From assembly GCA_964016885.1 (NCBI GenBank), contig OZ024746.1, positions 29,264,001 through 29,328,000 of the forward strand: DNA of 64,000 nt, read 5' to 3'. This document shows positions 56,801 to 64,000 of the stretch, piece by piece (positions within the stretch are counted from its first letter, which is position 1; every line of letters starts with the position of its first letter). A program made the position numbers and the translations under genes. Under the pieces are notes generated by a model. That model was not told the DNA's origin and did no database searches. It saw only the letters and a program-made list of their open reading frames with translations. The stretch comes from Eledone cirrhosa. Taxonomy: Eukaryota.

Positions 56801-56900
56801 AATGTCGTTTCTACACCTTTAGATCGTATAGCCTTCAGATAATTGCCAGCTATTTCGTTCACCGCTTCCAATTCCAATTTAGTGGGTTCTTTACTGACTC
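53872..56900 (-). mobile_element. 5'-truncated R4/Dong-like LINE flanked on both sides by (TATG)n
   Basis: About 80-nt 3'UTR abuts gtatgtatgt at 53846-53871. The 5' end breaks inside coding sequence at the (TATG)n run starting 56901. Confidence 0.85.
53953..56877 (-). CDS. Reverse transcriptase plus restriction-like endonuclease ORF of an R4/Dong-type non-LTR retrotransposon
   Basis: 974 aa with no stops. RT motifs NYRPIAC, EQAGG, LDYQKAFDSVPH, GIFQGDSLS, HLFFVDDLKLY and YRYLG. CCHC knuckle CRLC...H...C, RHD, and the RPDIVVWD...VEIS...K PD-(D/E)xK nuclease. Confidence 0.93.
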   Translation of the reverse strand: MELEAVNEIAGNYLKAIRSKGVETTFETLNVFLYVSAVTLLSYNTHLKPRNQDTNRKPEPAWMRNLKTKILSLRRSISHIAVIMKCNIERNFTRHQEDLKKKLERRFGDTKFKTLNSKLHQLKQQLTATTERLKYKSTAHKRQVLNRLFARDPKSVYRSFGGKSSIPVNDTPSKEQVENNWRSVWETDDGFNRQANWLKQLEQDYCQHVQTKQYDIDGSILETALQKMSNRKSPGPDLITGYWLKNFTFYRQDLIRLFTETIKGTQELPRWLSTATTLLIPQNSQTTLAKNYRPIACQNIMYKLYTECLNLFLQDHCATNNIITPEQAGGKREVWGCIDHLLTNKMIQEKTTKNRRNMTVVWLDYQKAFDSVPHGWIIKALQLDKVPQPLVAAVERLTKNWYTNLILRGEKEQVKTDRIHYQKGIFQGDSLSVLLFVLSLNPLSYLLRKQGGQRSGPRSISHLFFVDDLKLYGPNINDIKKQLDLITQFSTDIKMKFGESKCAYLAVKRGRAVPSSRNLDMNGLTIQPLQSGDNYRYLGQDENVRYDGPINKERTRTEYLRRVKKIWSSELSAYNKYIAHNTYAVPILTPTFGLLNWSLQELSEMDVRTRKLLSVTGNFNINGDVDRLYFSRKEGGRGLKSILTTYETRIVTLKQHLQQRKKVGDHLAQVYEHEKRNIIRIATDLEERYGIKPDINLSPREIGRSYSMFKQEKKIDQFTEKVVHGYLRRKTQTIEGINHSKSLAWSSDKFMTSHLEGYLYAIQEQELPTKYLLHKRGGPAADNKCRLCKTKIEDVSHIVASCERMSSRYYLPMRHDGIARTIWNALRKTKLTTNEEEYIETDGTKEYWWNLKIKTATKLKHNRPDIVVWDHTLKTCSVVEISCPLDVNVVRKIQEKEDIYGPLMRSLQIQYPRYTFSFIPIIIGATGYIPTRLDQSMTELGFADKKRSSLIHSLQMAAIAGTFKICKTFLRFKG

Positions 56901-56987
56901 TGTATGTATGTATGTATGTATGTATGTATGTATGTATGTATGTATGTATGTATGTATGTATGTATGTATGTATGTATGTATGTGTGT

Positions 56988-57592
56988 CAGGTCACCAGTT
57001 GGTGCTACTGGTAACATGTATCCAAGTACAATCTGTCTCATGGTCGGGTCGTTGGCGACTAAACTGGCAACCCCACCAAGGTTTCTTGGTGAGGAGGGTG
57101 ACTTTGGACATCCTGCAGGACTAAAAACAAAACCTGTCAAAGGGCAAAGGAGCTCTTAAGAGTCAATGGCCATCCAAAATCACCGGGAGAGATGACCCTT
57201 TAGCCTTTGTCAAGGCAGAATTCTAGGAGAAGGAAAACTCTGATATAACACCTGCAACCCTGATGGTATCCAATGATGTTGACTTGTTCTTCTTTTTGGT
57301 AAATATCATCTTGGTTAAGAGAGTGGGACTGGCTTTGTGCAGTGCCTTTGTTCACTATAAAAGCTTCACAGCACAGGCATTGCTTTATATCTGGAGATCT
57401 CTCTGCACTTGTCGTCACATGGTACCATGGGCCCAGCACTATGTGTCAGTAATTGTCACAGGTGTAACGTTTGTACCAGAGTTTTCAAGTCGCTGGCTGG
57501 ACTAAAGTCACATTCGTTCAGCGCATCGGTAGGGGTTCTCCTACATGGATATAAAGTAGTGGCCGTACTCGAAAACGAGTTGGCAGCCACCA
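56988..57592 (+). mobile_element. Short non-autonomous RTE-derived element with a (TATG)n tail
   Basis: Structured GC-richer head (e.g. caccaag-gttt-cttggtg hairpin), a 3' C2H2 remnant CNVCTRVFKSLAGLKSH, then the (ATGT)n tail. Confidence 0.6.
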
Positions 57593-57641
57593 TGTATGTA
57601 TGTATGCATGTATGTATGTATGTATGTATGTATGTATGTGT

Positions 57642-57677
<36 letters not shown>

Positions 57678-58258
57678 GTGTGTGTGGCATCATTTTACTT
57701 GGGTTAAATTTGTTATGGTACGAAAACGTAGCGTATTATCGTATCCTATGCCATATTCGTCAACTCCGATGAAAATAACTGAAACGAGACCTAGGAGTAT
57801 ATAGAGGCAGGTCACTATATATATAGAGGCAGGTCACTAAGTCCCTCTATCTGAGACTCGGCATCAGACAAGCTGTAGCATTTCTAACGACAGTGGCCTA
57901 CTGCTAAGACTGAAATCTCTCTTTATTACATGGCCTACTGCTACAGTAGGCCATGTAATAAAGAGAGATTTCAGGATAGCTAATATTTTAGAAATCTCTC
58001 TTTATTACATCTTGCTTGCAAATAAATCATAGTCTTAAGATGCTTCTTACCAAAACCGATAATTAGTGATTGGTACTACTTAGGTTCTTTTGTTTTGTTT
58101 TCCTGAAACAGATTTGTCAAAAGCACTACAGGCAATGTCATCATCTTGAAGAAAGTATATTTACTTACATATTAATTATTAAGAATGTATGTACAAAATA
58201 CTAATAGTTTCTCAATTGACATATATTCTATTGTAAATCGATTAAACTTGTGTGTGTG

Positions 58259-58290
<32 letters not shown>

Positions 58291-58331
58291 TACATACATT
58301 TATATATACATATATATACACATATACATAA

Positions 58332-58403
<72 letters not shown>

Positions 58404-61400
58404 GATCATGGGAGGTTATCGCTACTTCTACTTCATGTTAATGTATTATTAAATAGTTGATACTTATGGGAATATTAAAAACAGTTCTAAACATTGCAAT
58501 TCTGTCTACCGGAGCTATTAAGCAACATATAATATGTTACAAATCGTTTGCAATTCCTTCAGAATGAAAATATAAACGGAGCATATAAATAAATTTACAG
58601 TAGAATAACATAACAAATATGTTTTAAATATATACATAAATAACATTACAAATGCCTCGGTAACACTACAAAGGATGATACAATGAAAGATATATTCCTT
58701 CAATGCTACAATATTAAAGAAAATGTAAAGGAAGGGGTGAACAACGGAGCCAACACCAGAGCAAAAGACAGCAACGTCGCGAGGAGTACTGGGCAACCCC
58801 TCTAATGTTTTTTGAGGCAAGCCAGTACACTCGCAGCGTTGCCTCGGGTGATGGCGAGGCTGATGCGCTGAATCAGCCAAGCACCCTCGCGAGATTCGCC
58901 AGTCACCTCTATTAGGCGAGCCGTCAGTGAGGAAAGGAACCTCGTAGTCAGCGGCCCGACTCCCCCAAACGTTTCGAAAGCCGCAGGCTGAAAAATGTAG
59001 CTGGCCGACAGATCAGAGTATTTGAGGGTCTTACTCCGCTAGGCTGCAGAAGCTGTGCCTCTCGTCCTAACCGCAGCATCCAGAATGTGGGAAAGAGCAA
59101 AAGAGTCACTAACAGTGACGTCCCAGACAAGGCACCTGCCTCTCGACCAGGGGCACAGGGTAAGACCGTCAGGTCTTTTGCCGTCACATGAAATAAAGTA
59201 TTATTTAATGAATATGTTACAAAGGACATGACAAGATATAATATGATTGTTTCTACTTTAGACACAAGCCCAGCAATTACCCAGTGCATTACTGGTACTT
59301 TATTTTATCGACCCCGTAAGGATGAAAGGCAAAGTCAACCTCGGCGGGATTTGAACTCAGATAGTAAAGGGACGTAACTATGCTGGAAGGCATGGCGTCC
59401 GACCCTCTACCGATACTGCCAATCCACTATAATATAATATTTCATGTTATTGTATTGAAGATTCATCATTGAAATAACTGTTTCTACTTTAGGCACAAGG
59501 CCAGCAATTACCCAGTGCATTACTGGTACTTTATTTTATCGACCCCGTAAGGATGAAAGGCAAAGTCAACCTCGGCGGGATTTGAACTCAGATTGTAAAG
59601 GGACGTAACTATGCTGGAAAGCATGGCGTCCGACCCTCTACCGATACTGCCAATCCACGAAATAACGTGATATAGTTTAGCATAATCAGGTTTCATTATA
59701 GATATCTGTACGACAGTTTTCTTGTAGTTCTCTGTCACTATATGTCTCAGTGGCACTTTCATTTTCATTGAAAATTATTTTACTTTACTTTATTTCGCTT
59801 CTCTTTGTTGACCTTCGTTGACACATGCTGCTTTTCGTTGCTCTTCGCTTTTATTCGCCACCCACCGCTGCTTTCCGTTGCTCTTCGCTTCTATTCGCTA
59901 CCCTTCGCTGGTTTCCGTTGATCATCGCTTCTATTCGCTACCCTTCGTTGCTTTTCGTTGCACTTCACTGCTCTTATCTACTCCCCGTTTCCGTTCACCT
60001 CATCTCACTTTATTTCATCTCACTTCATTTCGTTCCACTCTCGTCGTTTCACTTCGTTAAACTATCGCAAAAGATACCGACACAATATACGTTATGTTCT
60101 TTCCTCTGCAGCCTTATGGAAGAAGAAGGTGAGTTGTTGTTGTGGTAGTGGTGGTGTCATTATCGTATTTAGTACTTGGTTACACGGCTTCACGCCCCTT
60201 GATCTCTAATACAGCCAGACCCTCTTAAGTTCTTCATTGGAGTGTAGATAATAAAAAGAACATTAAAAAACTTGAGACTATATGCACTATCAAATATTAA
60301 TTTAGTTTCGTGCATATTATTATTATTGTTATTAAGTGCTGCCCACACTTCCCAAGTATATTTATTGTGAGGTTGGTGTATGTAGCGAGAATGGCCTGAG
60401 TGAATTGGCTCACTCTCAGCATTCGTCTATATACACGAGAGAATAAAGGAGAGAGGAGCAATTGTTTATAGTGCCATTGAGATTGATGGTAATGTCGGAT
60501 TTATAGGGTTCCTTAATTGCCGCTGAGTGGAACATTAAGGAATTCTGTTGATATTAATTTATTGTTACATGTTTTCTTTCTGTTAACTCGTTTTACATAA
60601 ATCTCAAATGTCTTTGTTTATTTGTAGTCTTCTTAATGTTTTCGGTCCTAGTCGATAATAAATACATTATTGTTACATTATTATTATTAATTCGTCCCTC
60701 GGTTTAACACCCGATTCTGGCCCTTGGCTGCCTTTAGCAGGGTCTTCTATGTTTCAAGTACTCAGACTAAGTTTGTGCTTTGATATCTTCCTTTCCCATC
60801 TCACCATTCCTGGAGTTTTATCAAAGATACTGTTCTTCCTCCCTGACTAAACACTTAAATAAATAGAAATCAAAATAAATTCTCCATAGAATTAATGTAA
60901 CAAAGATCGGGGTTTATGAATGTTATCATAGGAACAAAACACAAATTTATAGCCATACTTTATAGATTGAACTATTTCCTCTGCAGGTGGTACACACATG
61001 AACGGTGCTTTCATAAGTCCTAATAGACAGCCGTATAGAGCTCAGAGAGGCGTATTAGTGAACCTCAAATGATCACAGTTATACAAATGTGTATAATTAA
61101 ATTAAATATATAATAATTTTCTTCAATCAATAACAGACCTGCTAACCTCTAAAAAACCGAACGGAGAGTACCATGAAAAAAAATTCCACAAAACGGGGAG
61201 ATTTTACATAATGGAAGCTGGACCTTTTTTCACATCTTTCACCCAATCTAAAGTGGGTGGGAGATCTCTCCATCAGACGGGGAGAGTTGACATGTCTGCA
61301 ATAAAATAAACCACTAAACAGCTTTGTAGTGTTGTGGAAATATCCATACATATACATAGGAGTGATATTAATATATATGTGCTGGACCGGTGCTATCATT

Positions 61401-62091
61401 AAGGCTAACTTGTTAGACGTCTAATACGTCACAGAATTTAAGATCATAGATTTATACAAATTTCTCTAATTAGATAATATCGGAGTGTATTTGGATTGGC
61501 AGCATCGAACAACATGCTTTATGGCATAGAGTTACGGCCATTAACGATCTGAGTTCAAATCCTGCCGAGGTTAGATTTGCTTTTCATACTTAAGGGGTCG
61601 ATAAAATAAAGCACCAGTATCGTACTGGGGTCGATTTACTCGATTTTCTTTTCGCTCCAAATTGTTGGCCTTGTGCCTTAAGTAGAAACATTTATGTACA
61701 TATCAGGACATTCGGTAAAAACTGAGTAGTGAAAAATGTAGGCTTAGTAATTTTCGAAATTAAAAACTAGATTTGTGAGCTTACTAAATTGTAAGTTGAA
61801 ATTATTTAATTTGGTGAGTATATCATATGGCTAGCCAAGGGCGCTGAATGCCAAGACGCTATCACTGACTATACTCAGTACTGTACTTTATATAATTTGC
61901 TGGTATTTTCAAGCATAGCCTTTGAAAAAGAATATCATATCAAGATAGAAAACTTTGTCTTGTACTTTTTACATCAGAAATATTTGTCGGTAAGAATTTG
62001 TTAATGTAACATCTTAGAAGCATGTGAGCTTCGAAGGTCAGACACACTGTTCGTATGGCCACAAGCTGCGGTTCCCAGTACACACACACAC

Positions 62092-62172
<81 letters not shown>

Positions 62173-63130
62173 CATATATCTGTTAGTTTGTAGTGCGTTA
62201 TATCGCCCTCTTATGTCATACACACCAATTAACATTATTTATATATCATTATATAGTTTTGCTTATCCTGCCACCTTTCCTTCCAGTCAATATAACCTGC
62301 TACCTCCACATCTCACAGCTTCAGCTGGCCAACTTCATTAAGGTTATCATGCAATGCAATGCAATATAATTTAGTTTTCTGTTATTTTCTTTGAGAAACT
62401 CTGCAAGCTTTACGTTGAATAGCACCAGTGTTCGCTGCACGTTTTGTTTATTTTACGAGATTCACTGAAACGCCTTCTATCAACTGCTCGGTCCTTTAGC
62501 ACAAGTTGAAAAATAAAAAAATGAAAGAGAAAAAAGATGAAAAATAGGCTTGAATTTTCGCAGAGAACCCAACACAACTAATTTAAATGATTTGCATAAT
62601 TCACATATTAAAATGTCGTCAAAAAGAACAAGAAAATACAAACAAACAAAAAACATCTATTTATTAATCTCTGTTGACATAGCTGTTTAATGGAAGCAGG
62701 TGCGTTCCTTCGTATTGAAAGATTGTTTTAACACTTTTGTTACCATATTTCTATTGAAAGACACTGCTTATGGTTTTGAAATAATTTTGAAAATGATAAA
62801 GAATTTGGAGTGATTTAATTATATAACTAACTTACTTATTATTTGGGTGGTGTTTAGAAATTCGGTTTTATAATGCACGGATACATAATACACAGATACA
62901 TATTTGTCATTAATACTTTCTTTTAAATTTGATACATACACAGACAATACATAATATACATTGTTAATACAACCATAAATATATACATTGTTAATACAAC
63001 TCGACACACTTAAGGAACGCCACGAGCAATGTATAGACCTTCCATCAATATATATGCTGATACTCACAAACAATTAAAAACTACCCACATATATATTCTT
63101 TTAATTTCTTAATCTATCTTCTATCGTACT

Positions 63131-63165
63131 TTCCTGATGAAAGACTAACGTCCGATACGTTGAAC
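63131..63165 (+). ncRNA. Degenerate minimal hammerhead; more decayed relative at about 27040-27076
   Basis: ttc-CTGATGA-aagactaacgtcc-GATA-cg-TT-gaa (GAAA changed to GATA). Confidence 0.4.
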
Positions 63166-63464
63166 TTTGTTTCTCTTTCATCCAAAGTGTGAACCTAATA
63201 CGACTAAATGTTTTTTGTATGTTTGTGCTTGTTATTATATATTATATATATGGTGGATTGGCAGTATCGGTAGAAGGCCGGGCGCTATGCTTTGCAGCAT
63301 AGAGTTATGGCCCTTGCCATTCTGAGTTCAAATCCCACCGAGGTTAACTTTGCCTTTCATCCTTACGGGGTCGATAAAATAAAGTACCAGAAATGCACTG
63401 GGTAATTGCTGGCCTTGTGCCAAAAGTAGAAACAATTATATATATATATATATGGTATATGGTT

Positions 63465-63514
63465 AGTTTCAGAAGATCCCGTTAGGGTGAAAGCAGCGAT
63501 TCTTTGCTTAAACT
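63465..63514 (+). ncRNA. Hammerhead with a core point mutation; sibling with intact core at 38582-38627
   Basis: agttt-CAGAAGA-t ccc gtta ggg t-GAAA-gca gcgattctt tgc-TT-aaact. The 38582 copy reads CTGAAGA. Confidence 0.65.
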
Positions 63515-63550
63515 TTAATCTGATATTTTAATAAATAAATAAATATATAT

Positions 63551-63592
<42 letters not shown>

Positions 63593-64000
63593 AAATTAAG
63601 ATAAATTGAATTAAATTAAATTAAATTAAATTAAATTAAGGGTGTCACGCCAGATAGACATGCGCCATATCACCCGTAAAATATGCTCCAAGATTCTCAT
63701 GAGTAGATCCGAGCATTTGATATCAACTAGACATTGATTGACATATAAATAGACATATGAAACAATCACAGGGGATAATTTGTAAAAGTGTGTAAGCACA
63801 CATAGCTAGGTAGGTAACTAAATAAAATTTAACTAGAACTTCAAAAATAGATACCTTATAAGGTATCTATTTTTGAAGTTCTAGTTAAACTTGTTTCATA
63901 TGTCTATTTATATGTCAATCAATTTCTAGTTGATATATATATATATTATATTATACAAATGAATATATGATAGGGATAAACACTGATACAAGTATATGTG

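Overview
AT-rich eukaryotic DNA, most likely an octopus or other coleoid cephalopod (inferred from the SINE families and the extreme (TA)n/(CA)n/(GA)n/(TATG)n load). There is one N-gap at 11316-11515. Most ORF-track entries are microsatellite translations. Supported content: two phase-compatible candidate exons of a minus-strand host gene (32691-32181 and 2818-2677); an uninterrupted, 5'-truncated R4/Dong-type RLE retrotransposon ORF sitting in a (TATG)n tract; decayed RTE, Dong, Penelope, mariner, hAT and piggyBac-type remnants; about 20 copies of a tRNA/Meta-domain SINE; and several minisatellites. The main unannotated signal is a dense set of short (about 100-500 bp) non-coding units, mostly wedged between (TA)n tracts, from about ten sequence families. 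Most carry a hand-foldable type I hammerhead ribozyme (stem I-CUGANGA-stem II-GAAA-short, often palindromic stem III-UH-stem I'), and a few keep only its 3' half. Some have 85-101 nt stem II expansions. Many are fold-back inverted repeats whose axis lies in or just 5' of the ribozyme. They are best read as Penelope-like (PLE) pLTR or retrozyme-like non-autonomous elements. All folds and alignments were done by eye and no database search was run.
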